Below are positions 27,853 to 40,750 of a stretch of DNA of 64,000 nucleotides, in pieces; within the stretch, counting starts at the first letter, position 1; each line of letters begins with the position of its first letter. Source of the stretch: a bacterium (lineage in GTDB: Bacteria > Patescibacteriota > Minisyncoccia > Phycocordibacterales > UBA1006); the NCBI GenBank assembly GCA_037144045.1, contig JBAWXN010000001.1, positions 66,487 through 130,486 on the forward strand, given 5' to 3'. The notes beneath the pieces were generated by a model. It was not told the origin of the DNA. It made no database searches and saw nothing but the letters and a program-made list of their open reading frames with translations. Made by a program: the position numbers and the translations under genes.

Positions 27853-28119
27853 TTATTTTTGACTAACTAGAACGAATATTCTATTTTGTGCTATGGTTTT
27901 GTTTTTTTGTTGAATTTCTCTAATGACGCCTACGTCAACTAATCTATCAACATACGCCATATTTTCCCACGAATCAGATGTGTGGTTTAGAAGTGCACTG
28001 TCCATAGTGATGGCACCGCTCTTTTTAAGAATTTTACGAACATGATCAAGGCTCTTAATAAGATTACGTTGCCCCTGATCAGTTAACAGTTTGGGTAGTT
28101 CTTTTTTGTAGTTATACAT
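27853..28119 (-). CDS. hypothetical protein (88 aa)
   Basis: Intact ORF sharing the bidirectional terminator with proS. No motif recognised. Confidence 0.35.
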   Translation of the reverse strand: MYNYKKELPKLLTDQGQRNLIKSLDHVRKILKKSGAITMDSALLNHTSDSWENMAYVDRLVDVGVIREIQQKNKTIAQNRIFVLVSQK

Positions 28120-28206
28120 CTTGTATTTTTATTTATAATAACATGAATATATACTTTTTGTCAAGTTCTTTCCGAAACGCCTATAAAATGCTACACTCGC
28201 GGCATC

Positions 28207-29253
28207 ATGTTTGAAGACCTCTATAACAAATTTTCTAACGATATCGGTATTGACCTTGGAACGGCAAACACATTGGTGTATTTACGTGGATCAGGAATTG
28301 TTATCAACGAACCGTCTATTGTGGCGCTTAACGCGAAAACAGGGCGTATTGTGGCAGTAGGGGTAGCCGCAAAAGAAATGCTCGGACGAACTCCGGCCCA
28401 TATCAAAGCGATTCATCCGGTAGTAGACGGTGTTATTTCTGATTTCGAAGTAACCGAAGAAATGCTTGCGTATTTGATTACAAAAGCAGAAAAAATTTCA
28501 CCTAAGTTTTTTCGACCACGAGTGGTAGTTGGGGTTCCTTCCGGAATTACTAACGTAGAGCACCGTGCCGTGTATGATGCTGCCAAATCAGCTGGTGCGC
28601 GCGAAGTATATATTATTGAGGAACCGATGGCTGCTGCTATTGGAATTCGACTTCCTATTAAAGAACCAGTAGGTTCAATGATTATTGATATTGGTGGAGG
28701 AACTACCGATATTGCTGTTATTTCATTATCAGGGGTTGTACAAGCAAAATCCTTGAAATTAGCTGGTGATAAAATGAATCAAGACATTATTAATTATTTA
28801 AAAAATGAATTTAAATTATTAGTAGGTGAAAAAACCGCAGAAGAAATTAAGGTAGCGCTTGGTTCTGCAGGTTCTGGTGAAAAAATGGAAACGAAAGTAA
28901 AGGGGCGTGACTTGATAACAGGACTACCTCGTGAAATCATGATTACAGATACCGATATCCGTTATGCGATCGCTGATTCAGTAAAAGCAATTGTTGATGT
29001 GGTGCGTGAAGTTCTAGAAACAACACCCCCTGAAATTGTGTCTGATGTTATGAATCGAGGAATGTATATCGCAGGAGGTGGAGCGTTAATTCGAGGACTC
29101 GATAAAATGCTCGCTGATAATTTTAAAATTCCCGTATATGTTGCCGATGATCCATTGTCTGCGGTTGCGCGAGGATGTGGTATTGTCTTAGAAGACATTG
29201 AGAAATATAATGAAGTATTAGTTTCAAATCATGACACCTTACCGCTTCGCTAA
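28207..29253 (+). CDS. mreB: rod shape-determining protein MreB
   Basis: Actin-fold phosphate-1 motif IGIDLGTANTLVY, plus DIGGGTTDIAV. Length 348 aa. Confidence 0.9.
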   Translation: MFEDLYNKFSNDIGIDLGTANTLVYLRGSGIVINEPSIVALNAKTGRIVAVGVAAKEMLGRTPAHIKAIHPVVDGVISDFEVTEEMLAYLITKAEKISPKFFRPRVVVGVPSGITNVEHRAVYDAAKSAGAREVYIIEEPMAAAIGIRLPIKEPVGSMIIDIGGGTTDIAVISLSGVVQAKSLKLAGDKMNQDIINYLKNEFKLLVGEKTAEEIKVALGSAGSGEKMETKVKGRDLITGLPREIMITDTDIRYAIADSVKAIVDVVREVLETTPPEIVSDVMNRGMYIAGGGALIRGLDKMLADNFKIPVYVADDPLSAVARGCGIVLEDIEKYNEVLVSNHDTLPLR

Positions 29254-30022
29254 TCAAGAAAAAAAACAAAAAGTGTCGCGAACTAAAATAGTGGTCGTGG
29301 CAGTTTTTTTGGTGCTGGTTGTTTTACTTGCAGTGTTTGTACTTGCTCCATTATTGCAATCAGCAAGTCAAGGACCTGCTTGGTTGGCACGTTCGGTACA
29401 GAATGGAATAAGTGATGCAATAACTATGGCAACACCTAAGTCTACGATAATTGCACGGAATAAATTATTAACTGACCAGGTTGCAAGTTATGAGGCGCAA
29501 CTTATTGAATTACAGCAACTCAAAGATGAAAATGCTCAACTAAGAAAAGAATTGTCGTATCTTCCAATTCCTGACGAGACAATAACGGTACAAATTTTAG
29601 GTAAGCCAAGTCAGTCATTAATGAATAGTATGGTTATTAATGCAGGAACCGCGCAAGGGGTGCGGATTGGTCAATTAGTAACAGTGCAACATAATTTGGG
29701 GCTCGGAACTGTTGTGTCAGTATCGTCAAAAACAGCGGTAGTTGAGTTATTTGGAGGACCACAATTTTCTGGTGATGTTTTGCTTGCAAATAAAAATATA
29801 ACGGTGCCTGCAACAGGAAAGGGTGCTGGTAATTTTGAGATCCATATTCCTCGAGAAGTCGCTGTTTCAGACGGAGATTTTCTAGCTTTTCCAGGAAATC
29901 CATCAGTCGTTATTGGTGTAGTAAAATCAATTATTTTTGATCCTCGCGATCCGTTTCAGACGGTACTTGCGCGAGCACCGGTTAATATACAAGAATTGCG
30001 TTTTGTGGAGGTGGTGAAATAG
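29231..30022 (+). CDS. mreC: rod shape-determining protein MreC
   Basis: Signal-anchor, coiled coil (ARNKLLTDQVASYEAQLIELQQLKDENAQLRKEL), then beta-barrel repeats. Overlaps the mreB stop as usual. Confidence 0.7.
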   Translation: MTPYRFANQEKKQKVSRTKIVVVAVFLVLVVLLAVFVLAPLLQSASQGPAWLARSVQNGISDAITMATPKSTIIARNKLLTDQVASYEAQLIELQQLKDENAQLRKELSYLPIPDETITVQILGKPSQSLMNSMVINAGTAQGVRIGQLVTVQHNLGLGTVVSVSSKTAVVELFGGPQFSGDVLLANKNITVPATGKGAGNFEIHIPREVAVSDGDFLAFPGNPSVVIGVVKSIIFDPRDPFQTVLARAPVNIQELRFVEVVK

Positions 30023-30041
30023 AGAATAAAAATAGTATTTA

Positions 30042-30070
30042 AAACAAAGGATAATATTCCTTTTTTTATT
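30042..30070 (+). terminator. rho-independent terminator
   Basis: aaggataatattcctttttttatt. Confidence 0.6.
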
Positions 30071-30106
30071 TATATAAAATTTATCTTGAGTTGTTAGAAT
30101 GGAGAC

Positions 30107-30472
30107 ATGTTTGATAAGCAGTATCCAAATGGAATAACAATAAATCAGTTCGCTGAAATAATGATAAAGAATTTTGATGATGTAAATTCGCGGCTAAATA
30201 ATATTGAAACAAGTCTAAATACTTTAGAAGTTAAGGTTGATAGTCTTACGCATAAGATGATTATTATTGAGGATAAGATAAATAATCTTGAAAATAAGAT
30301 GAAGCATTTAGAATATCGAACAGTTGTTATTGAGCATAGATTTGATATTTTCGAAGAGCGATTCGATGTGTTTGAACAAAAATTCGAAAAGCATGCTGGA
30401 TGGGTAAGAACATCAGTTCATTACTTGGCTGATGTTATAGAGGGCGAAGTGGGTGTAAAGGTGCTATTATAG
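30107..30472 (+). CDS. hypothetical coiled-coil protein (121 aa)
   Basis: Heptad-rich sequence (NIETSLNTLEVKVDSLTHKMIIIEDKINNLENKMKHLEYR). Confidence 0.4.
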   Translation: MFDKQYPNGITINQFAEIMIKNFDDVNSRLNNIETSLNTLEVKVDSLTHKMIIIEDKINNLENKMKHLEYRTVVIEHRFDIFEERFDVFEQKFEKHAGWVRTSVHYLADVIEGEVGVKVLL

Positions 30473-30477
30473 ATAGT

Positions 30478-31029
30478 ATGAAACAAGTAATACTTATTCA
30501 TGGGCTGCCAGACGATAATGAGTTTGACGACCCCCTGATTCCATCTCCTTCAAACAGTCAATGGCTTCCTTGGGTTCAAAAAAAATTAGCAATGCAAGGT
30601 GAAGTTTGTCAGTCTTTAGAATTTCCATTTCAAAATCATGAACCTGTATATTCGGCGTGGCTAAATGTTATAGAAAATTTTAAAATTGATTCTAATACAA
30701 CACTGGTGGGGCATAGTTGCGGAGGCGGATTTTTATTGCGGTACTTGTCTGAATATCCAGACCTAAAACCTAAACGAGTGATATTGGTCGCGCCATGGAT
30801 TGATCCACAGAAAGAGCTTAGTACTCATTTCTTTGATTTTAATATAGATGAAACTTTAAATGAAAGAACTGATGTACGTATGCTCACATCTGCTGATGAT
30901 ATGGAAAGTGTTTTAATATCAATTAAACGAATCAAAGAAAAATTACCAACTATTACGTGTCACGAATTCACTAACAAAGGGCATTTTTGCACACCACAGT
31001 TTCCTGAGTTGTTAGAACTCCTAAAATAA
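30478..31029 (+). CDS. alpha/beta-hydrolase-fold serine hydrolase (YdeN/RBBP9-like)
   Basis: Nucleophile elbow VGHSCGG (GxSxG). Size of 183 aa is typical of the family. Confidence 0.55.
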   Translation: MKQVILIHGLPDDNEFDDPLIPSPSNSQWLPWVQKKLAMQGEVCQSLEFPFQNHEPVYSAWLNVIENFKIDSNTTLVGHSCGGGFLLRYLSEYPDLKPKRVILVAPWIDPQKELSTHFFDFNIDETLNERTDVRMLTSADDMESVLISIKRIKEKLPTITCHEFTNKGHFCTPQFPELLELLK

Positions 31030-31045
31030 GGTATATTCACCTCGT

Positions 31046-33000
<1,955 letters not shown>

Positions 33001-33022
33001 GACATATCAAAAAAATCATGAC

Positions 33023-33046
33023 AAGAGCCCTTTGTAGGGCTTTTGC
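33023..33046 (+). terminator. terminator/attenuator hairpin
   Basis: agccctttgtagggcttttg. Confidence 0.5.
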
Positions 33047-33061
33047 ATATACTAGATATCT

Positions 33062-34903
33062 ATGTGCGGAATTGTTGCAAAAATTACTGATCATAAACCA
33101 GTGAAGGATTTTTTAATTTCAGGGCTTCAAAAACTGGAAACTCGTGGTTATGACGGGTATGGTATTTATATTCTCGGAAAAGGTGGTGTAAAGGTTGGGC
33201 CAAAAGAACTTGCTCGATTACAACAAGAAATGGAATCAGTTCCTGATGGACTAGTAGGTATTGCACACAATCGATGGGCGACTCATGGGATTGCTGATCA
33301 GAAAAATTCACATCCCCATACCTCAGGACCGGTTCATATTGTTCATAATGGGCAAGTCACTAACTATTTAGAACTTAAAGAAGAACTCCTTAAAAAAGGT
33401 TATGAGTTTAGTTCAGATACAGATACTGAAGTACTTGCACACTTGATTCGTGACTATAGTATTTACACAAAAGACTTGTTTACCGCAGTACATCAAGCAC
33501 TATTACGCCTCGAACAAAGTACTTACGGTTTAGTAGTTATTCATGATGACTATCCTCATGAAATGGTGGTAGCGCGTATGGGTAGTCCAGTATTGATCGG
33601 CACTACAGGTCATGAAACATTCGTTGCTTCACAAGAAGGTGCACTGTTTGGGTATGTTGAAAATTATCGAGAACTTAATGACGGAGATATTGTATTATTG
33701 AATCCTGCTGGAATCCAAAAAGCTATCAATGTATCAGGAGAGTTAAAAGCTATTGCAGAATATCCTATTGATCCAGAGCATTATAAATCACTCGAGAAGC
33801 AATCAGAGTTTTGGATGTATGACGAAATGATTTCTGCCCCGGAAACATTATTGCGCGCATTACAAAACGGTTCTCGGGCACGACTTGATCAAGGAGTAAT
33901 CCTCGGTGGCCTTCTTGATAATAAAGAAATTTGGAATAAGTTAGGAAAGATAAAACGCTTTATTTTTGTAGGTTGCGGAACTTCGTATCACGCAGGGAAA
34001 ATTATGGCGCTTGCTATGGAAGAAATAGCAGGGATAGAGGCTCAGGTGATTATTGCTTCTGAGTGGATTTATCGAACAGCGGTTTTTGATCCTGAGACAA
34101 CGTGCCTTGTTGCAATATCGCAATCTGGTGAAACGGCTGACGTGCGTAAACTGCTTGAAATTTGGAAAATGCGGGGAATCCTTACATTAGGTATTGTTAA
34201 TGTACCCAATACACAAATCCCGAAAATTACTGATGCTGGAGTGTATTGTCACATTGGTAAAGAAGTCGGGGTTGCATCTACAAAAGCTTTTTTGGGTCAA
34301 GTAATATGCGGACTCCTTTTTGTAGTCCTTATGGCACAACAGCGTGGACTTTCACTTACAGATCGAGCTCGTTACATTAGTGAAATACTTACGCTTCCTG
34401 AAAAAGCAGGTGAAGTGCTTAAGCAAGAATCGCATATAAAATCATTGGTTAAAAAATACGCAGCAGCGAGGGACTTTTTATTCATTGGGCGAAAATATAG
34501 CGAACCAGTGGCACTCGAAGGTGCGCTCAAACTCAAAGAAATTTCGTATATTCACGCAGAAGGATATGCGTCAGGTGAAATGAAACACGGACCCCTCGCA
34601 ATGATTGATGAATTTTTTCCAACATTTGTAATTGCACCAAAAGATTCTGTGTACGATATGACGCTACACAACACCGCTGAAATTCATGCACGAAATGGGA
34701 AGATTATTATGGTAACTACAGCAGGGAATACGAATGCTGCTCAGCATGCCGATGACGTTATTTATATTCCTCAAACGCTTGAGGCGTTTTCACCGATTTT
34801 ATCGGTAATTCCAACCCAGCTTTTTGCCTTTTTTATGGCACTTGAAAAGGGGTATAATCCTGATCAGCCACGTAATCTTGCTAAATCGGTAACGGTTGAA
34901 TAA
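33062..34903 (+). CDS. glmS: glutamine--fructose-6-phosphate aminotransferase
   Basis: N-terminal MCGIVA catalytic Cys2. Two SIS domains. C-terminal KSVTVE. Length 613 aa. Confidence 0.9.
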   Translation: MCGIVAKITDHKPVKDFLISGLQKLETRGYDGYGIYILGKGGVKVGPKELARLQQEMESVPDGLVGIAHNRWATHGIADQKNSHPHTSGPVHIVHNGQVTNYLELKEELLKKGYEFSSDTDTEVLAHLIRDYSIYTKDLFTAVHQALLRLEQSTYGLVVIHDDYPHEMVVARMGSPVLIGTTGHETFVASQEGALFGYVENYRELNDGDIVLLNPAGIQKAINVSGELKAIAEYPIDPEHYKSLEKQSEFWMYDEMISAPETLLRALQNGSRARLDQGVILGGLLDNKEIWNKLGKIKRFIFVGCGTSYHAGKIMALAMEEIAGIEAQVIIASEWIYRTAVFDPETTCLVAISQSGETADVRKLLEIWKMRGILTLGIVNVPNTQIPKITDAGVYCHIGKEVGVASTKAFLGQVICGLLFVVLMAQQRGLSLTDRARYISEILTLPEKAGEVLKQESHIKSLVKKYAAARDFLFIGRKYSEPVALEGALKLKEISYIHAEGYASGEMKHGPLAMIDEFFPTFVIAPKDSVYDMTLHNTAEIHARNGKIIMVTTAGNTNAAQHADDVIYIPQTLEAFSPILSVIPTQLFAFFMALEKGYNPDQPRNLAKSVTVE

Positions 34904-34930
34904 TGCAGTTAAAAAATGCTTGAAAAACCC

Positions 34931-34958
34931 TTGACTTTACTTATTATTCGTCTATACT
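34931..34958 (+). promoter_or_regulatory. rRNA promoter candidate (TTGACT-16-TATACT)
   Basis: ttgactttacttattattcgtctatact, ~315 nt upstream of the 16S 5' end. Confidence 0.5.
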
Positions 34959-35272
34959 AAGCTTCGTCACTTTTTAAATCGGTACAAGCCAAGTAATCCC
35001 CATGTTGGCAAGCGGAAATCGCTTGCATTTTATATGGGCATTTGCTATGATGGCTTTCGTCTCGCTAAAAAGCAGGCAATTGTATTTTGTCAACAGAAGC
35101 AAATCCGATTCACAAGAAATGTGTGAATGCGGATAGATTATGCATCTCATGTTCGAAGCAGAAGATTTTAAATTCTTTTGTTTCGTTCTATGAGAATACA
35201 AAACTGGAAGGTTCAATAAATTTTTACAAGAAACTTTATTGGGCATCAACTTCCTGTTTATTCTTTTTTAGT

Positions 35273-36835
<1,563 letters not shown>

Positions 36836-37056
36836 GAAAATCGGTTAACATTTATGTTAGCTCTATTGTCGATTACCAACGGGTAGATGATTGCTTTATC
36901 ATCATTAAAATAAGCACGGTAACTTAGCCTTCGTTAGGCCAAGTCGAAAACCAGGGTTGTGTCATTCTGTACAGAGACATAACATGGTCATAGGACGAAA
37001 CAAAAGAGACTATAATCTTTTGTGGGATGCATTAATCTAAACAAGCTTCTGGCAAA

Positions 37057-37097
37057 GTAAAGCAAAAACAACCCTGATTGGGTTGTTTTTGCTTTAC
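37057..37097 (+). terminator. strong hairpin (18-bp perfect stem) after 16S/ITS, terminator-like
   Basis: gtaaagcaaaaacaaccc-tgatt-gggttgtttttgctttac. No 23S or tRNA is recognisable in 36836-37056. Confidence 0.6.
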
Positions 37098-37116
37098 AAA
37101 GAAGTATAATGAGCAC

Positions 37117-38448
37117 ATGAATATTGGGAGTATGCGAGGTAAAATGGCGTTAGTTTTAGGTGACGTAGGTATTCTCTTAGGAAGTCTTTTGTTGGCGTTA
37201 ATTATTCGTTATCAAGTAATTCCTACAGGGGCCGAGATTTTTGTCTTAATACAGTCATTTGCACCAGTTATAATGGTTTGGTTGATTATCTTGTATATAG
37301 CAGGACTCTACGACCGATTTGCTTTTGATTTTAAGAAAAGAGTTTTCTCGATACTCACTCGTGCACAAATTGCTAATGGAATAGTTGCAGTATTGTATTT
37401 TTATATTCTCGATACTGCGGTAAACCCTAAAACAATTTTGTTTATTTATGTAGTGCTGGCTTCGTTCTTCATATTACTGTGGCGTGTTTTTGCATTTCCA
37501 ATGTTATATCGACCTTCAAGAATAAAGGCGGTACTTATTTGCGCAGGTAAACCACTTCAAGAAATGGCTCAAGCGCTCACCGACAAAAAATACGGTATTC
37601 AATTGGTACGTACGCACGATTTGGTGATTGAAACTATTACTTCACTTGATTTGCGGCATGAAATTGAACAACAGGGTATAGAAATGGTTATCTTTGATTA
37701 TCAGCATCCACATGCGCAAGAAATGATTGAAAATCTTTATCCGTTAATATTTAAAGGGGTTGGCTTCGTTCAATTTGAAGAATTGTATGAAATGGTATTT
37801 TCTCGGATTTCAATAGATCATCTAAGTCCTGAGTGGTTTTCACAGAACACCTATTCAAAAAATACTATGGCATATATGGTTGCTAAACGAATCATGGATT
37901 GTGTTATTGCTGTCCCTCTATTAATAGTCACCGGAATTTTCTTTCCGATTATTGTTGCGCTCATTAAGTGGGATAGTGCAGGAGATGCATTTATTTATCA
38001 AGAGCGCATTGGAAAGAATGGAAATCGTATCCGTATTCCTAAATTCAGGTCAATGACGGTTAATGATCAAGGGGTATGGGTGAATACTGCGGGTGATGCA
38101 CGAATTACTCGGGTAGGGTCATTCCTTCGGAAAAGTCGTATCGACGAGCTACCGCAGTTGTGGAGCGTTATAAAGGGTGATTTATCACTCGTAGGTCCTC
38201 GACCAGATATTATTGGTTTGGGAATTGAGCTTGAAAAAACAGTGCCATTTTATACGGTGCGCAACTTGGTTGTTCCGGGACTTTCGGGATGGGCTCAAAT
38301 TTCACAAGACCTTCCTCCACAGTCATTAGAAGAAACTATTGTGCGTCTTTCGTATGACTTGTATTATGTAAAACATCGATCAGTACTGCTTGATTTAGAG
38401 ATCGCATTAAAAACCGTTAGAATTTTATTATCACGTATGGGTGCTTAA
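37117..38448 (+). CDS. polyprenyl-phosphate sugar phosphotransferase (bacterial sugar transferase, WbaP/CpsE family)
   Basis: N-terminal TM helices. C-terminal PF02397-type domain (PKFRSM, IDELPQLWSVIKGDLSLVGPRP). Start is set at the Met (MNIGS) just after a TATAAT at 37105-37110; the ORF-track start at 37078 lies inside the hairpin. Confidence 0.75.
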   Translation: MNIGSMRGKMALVLGDVGILLGSLLLALIIRYQVIPTGAEIFVLIQSFAPVIMVWLIILYIAGLYDRFAFDFKKRVFSILTRAQIANGIVAVLYFYILDTAVNPKTILFIYVVLASFFILLWRVFAFPMLYRPSRIKAVLICAGKPLQEMAQALTDKKYGIQLVRTHDLVIETITSLDLRHEIEQQGIEMVIFDYQHPHAQEMIENLYPLIFKGVGFVQFEELYEMVFSRISIDHLSPEWFSQNTYSKNTMAYMVAKRIMDCVIAVPLLIVTGIFFPIIVALIKWDSAGDAFIYQERIGKNGNRIRIPKFRSMTVNDQGVWVNTAGDARITRVGSFLRKSRIDELPQLWSVIKGDLSLVGPRPDIIGLGIELEKTVPFYTVRNLVVPGLSGWAQISQDLPPQSLEETIVRLSYDLYYVKHRSVLLDLEIALKTVRILLSRMGA

Positions 38449-38451
38449 TCT

Positions 38452-39555
38452 ATGGATGAATCTCATGTAAAAACAATTGTTATTACTGGTGCTGCGGGAT
38501 ACGTCGGTGCAATGTTAGCGCATCAGTTTTCGTTACGGCCAGATATTAAAAAAATTATTGGTATCGATAAAAATCCATTGCCTGAATTCTTAAAACCGTT
38601 AGTAAATAGTGGGGTATTAGTTTGGATACAAGAAAACCTGAGTGAAGGTAATTGGGAATCATTAATTGAACCTGAGGTGCCGGAAATAATTATTCATACG
38701 GCATGGCAAATTCGAGAAATGTATGGAAAATCAGCTATTCAATGGAAGTGGAATATTGAAGGATCCGACCGAGTTTTCAATTACGCATTTACCCATCCGT
38801 CAGTAAAACGACTTATTCACTTTTCAACGGTCGCGTCATATGCGGCGTATCCCGATAATGAAATTAATCACTTCTTTACGGAACAAGAACCATTTCGAGT
38901 GAGTGACTATTTGTATGCAGAAGAAAAAAGAATTGCAGAAGAACATTTGAAAGCATTAGTTGAAAAAAATAAACAAGATAATAAAACCGTTCCTCAAGTA
39001 TTTATCGTACGTCCTGCTGCAATTACAGGTCCAAGAGGTCGCTATATGACGGTTCGTGTGGGACTTCAGTCAGCACTTTCTGGTCAACTGAATAAAGGAT
39101 TTGCGCAAAAGTTGATGTCGCTTTTGACTTCATGGGTACCGCTTACTAAAAAATGGTGTCGACAGTTTATTCATGAAGACGATGTGACAGATATTGTAGC
39201 GCTCCTTGCTTTTGAAGATGGATTAGTTGGAGACTATGAAGCATTTAATATCTGCCCACCAGGTCCAGTGGTTACGGGTCCTGATATGGCGCGTGCGGTA
39301 CGCAAAAAATCGGTATACCTTCCACCACGACTCATACAAATTATTTACTTTTTACTGTGGCATGGATCACGAGGTAAGATTCCAACTTCGCGTGGAGGCT
39401 GGAAAACCTATAGTTATCCTATCTCCGTTGACGGTTCAAAAATTACTCAATTGTTTGGGTATCAGTATCACTATGAAGCATACCCTGCGTTTACTGAATT
39501 TGTAGGGCGATACACTTCATTAGTACCGAAAGACCGCATTCCTAATAAAAAGTAG
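38452..39555 (+). CDS. NAD-dependent epimerase/dehydratase (extended SDR)
   Basis: Rossmann motif VITGAAGYVGAML. Length 367 aa. Sits adjacent to the sugar transferase. Confidence 0.7.
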   Translation: MDESHVKTIVITGAAGYVGAMLAHQFSLRPDIKKIIGIDKNPLPEFLKPLVNSGVLVWIQENLSEGNWESLIEPEVPEIIIHTAWQIREMYGKSAIQWKWNIEGSDRVFNYAFTHPSVKRLIHFSTVASYAAYPDNEINHFFTEQEPFRVSDYLYAEEKRIAEEHLKALVEKNKQDNKTVPQVFIVRPAAITGPRGRYMTVRVGLQSALSGQLNKGFAQKLMSLLTSWVPLTKKWCRQFIHEDDVTDIVALLAFEDGLVGDYEAFNICPPGPVVTGPDMARAVRKKSVYLPPRLIQIIYFLLWHGSRGKIPTSRGGWKTYSYPISVDGSKITQLFGYQYHYEAYPAFTEFVGRYTSLVPKDRIPNKK

Positions 39556-39589
39556 TACAAAATAAACCCTGCTGAGTGCAGGGTTTTTG
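39556..39589. terminator. bidirectional rho-independent terminator
   Basis: aaaataaaccctgctgagtgcagggtttttg. Confidence 0.75.
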
Positions 39590-40216
39590 TTACAGGTAAT
39601 GTACGAGTTCAGCAATCGTTGAAATTTTCGCATCAGCTATACTCGTGCGTTGTAAATCAAGGTGAATAGCGTGCATCCCTGCCTCCTTGGCGCCCAGGTA
39701 GTCGTTTTTGTAGCTATTACCTATATGTAATATTTCGTAGGGTTGTAATCCTGAAAGAGTAATTAGTTTTTGAAAAATCTCTTGATCAGGTTTTTTGTAG
39801 CCTACTTCATACGAAAACAAGGTGTAGTCTATAGAATGATTAAGTGCTGCGAGTGCAGGTTTACCATAGTCGTATCCCAAGTTAGAAATAACGGCAAGTT
39901 TGTAATTATGAGCTTGAGTAATTTCCTCGAGGATTTCTTTGGCGAAAAGTACTGGTTCAATACTTGCGCATTCTGCATCAATAAGTTGCTGGATATCAGA
40001 TACGTGTTCATCACGTAGTAAATTAAGTGATTGCAATGTAGCAATCATGGATACATTATCACATAAGAACCGGTGACGCAGATTTGCTGGATCAAGTAAT
40101 GCTGTTTGCTCAGCAGAAAAGTACTTTGCTACCTCCTGCATCCAGTTGTTTTTCTTGATAATAAGAGTAGTGTCAAAGATGTCTAACGAGACAAGCTTTA
40201 TCCCTTCGAATTTCAT
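39590..40216 (-). CDS. HAD-superfamily hydrolase
   Basis: N-terminal SLDIFDTTL (motif I-like) and C-terminal ILHIGNSYKNDYLGAKEAGMHAIHL (motifs III/IV). Confidence 0.6.
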   Translation of the reverse strand: MKFEGIKLVSLDIFDTTLIIKKNNWMQEVAKYFSAEQTALLDPANLRHRFLCDNVSMIATLQSLNLLRDEHVSDIQQLIDAECASIEPVLFAKEILEEITQAHNYKLAVISNLGYDYGKPALAALNHSIDYTLFSYEVGYKKPDQEIFQKLITLSGLQPYEILHIGNSYKNDYLGAKEAGMHAIHLDLQRTSIADAKISTIAELVHYL

Positions 40217-40304
40217 AAGAATAGATTTGTAGTCAGCATACTTGTTTTAGAGGGGATGTCAAACTTGTTTCAAAACCTAAAACCTTGTAGAGTAAAGAAA
40301 AAAT

Positions 40305-40658
40305 ATGATACAGCACAATCTTGTATTTGGTGGTTTTTACATCCACTACAAACATAATCCGGAAGGCGAACCGGGAAATTACTGGTACCAAGTACTCAAT
40401 CTGAGTCACTTGAAGGATCAGGATATGACCGTGGTAACCTATCGACCATTATATAAGTCTCATGTTTACAAAGAAGGACGTCACTGGGACGGTAAGCTCT
40501 TGAGTGATTGGATGTTACCACTTCCAGAAACGGTAAAGGTTAAGGAACGCTATCGACTTGTTGTACCAGGTACTGCAGAGCACGATCAGTGTATAAAATT
40601 AGTTCAAGAACTATACGGTGAAGACGAGCAAGCATTTTATGGATTGAATATGCAGTAG
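40305..40658 (+). CDS. hypothetical protein (117 aa; possibly DUF1653-like)
   Basis: Intact ORF. Weak resemblance (YxH.K...Y.V) to DUF1653. Confidence 0.35.
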   Translation: MIQHNLVFGGFYIHYKHNPEGEPGNYWYQVLNLSHLKDQDMTVVTYRPLYKSHVYKEGRHWDGKLLSDWMLPLPETVKVKERYRLVVPGTAEHDQCIKLVQELYGEDEQAFYGLNMQ

Positions 40659-40669
40659 TTGTAATACGT

Positions 40670-40710
40670 AAAAACCCTTAAGGATTTTCCTAGAGGGTTT
40701 TATTTTTGAG
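40670..40710 (+). terminator. terminator-like hairpin
   Basis: aaaacccttaaggattttcctagagggttttattttt. Confidence 0.5.
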
Positions 40711-40750
40711 GCTTTTTTTGTAAGGTAAAAAATGGTAAGGTGGGAATACT

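Noticed and set aside
36836-37056. Looked for tRNA-Ile/Ala or the start of 23S in the spacer after 16S
   Set aside because: No cloverleaf-compatible sequence and no T-loop GTTCGAATC-type motif. There is no 23S 5' signature, so the region appears to be a non-coding trailer ending in a terminator hairpin.
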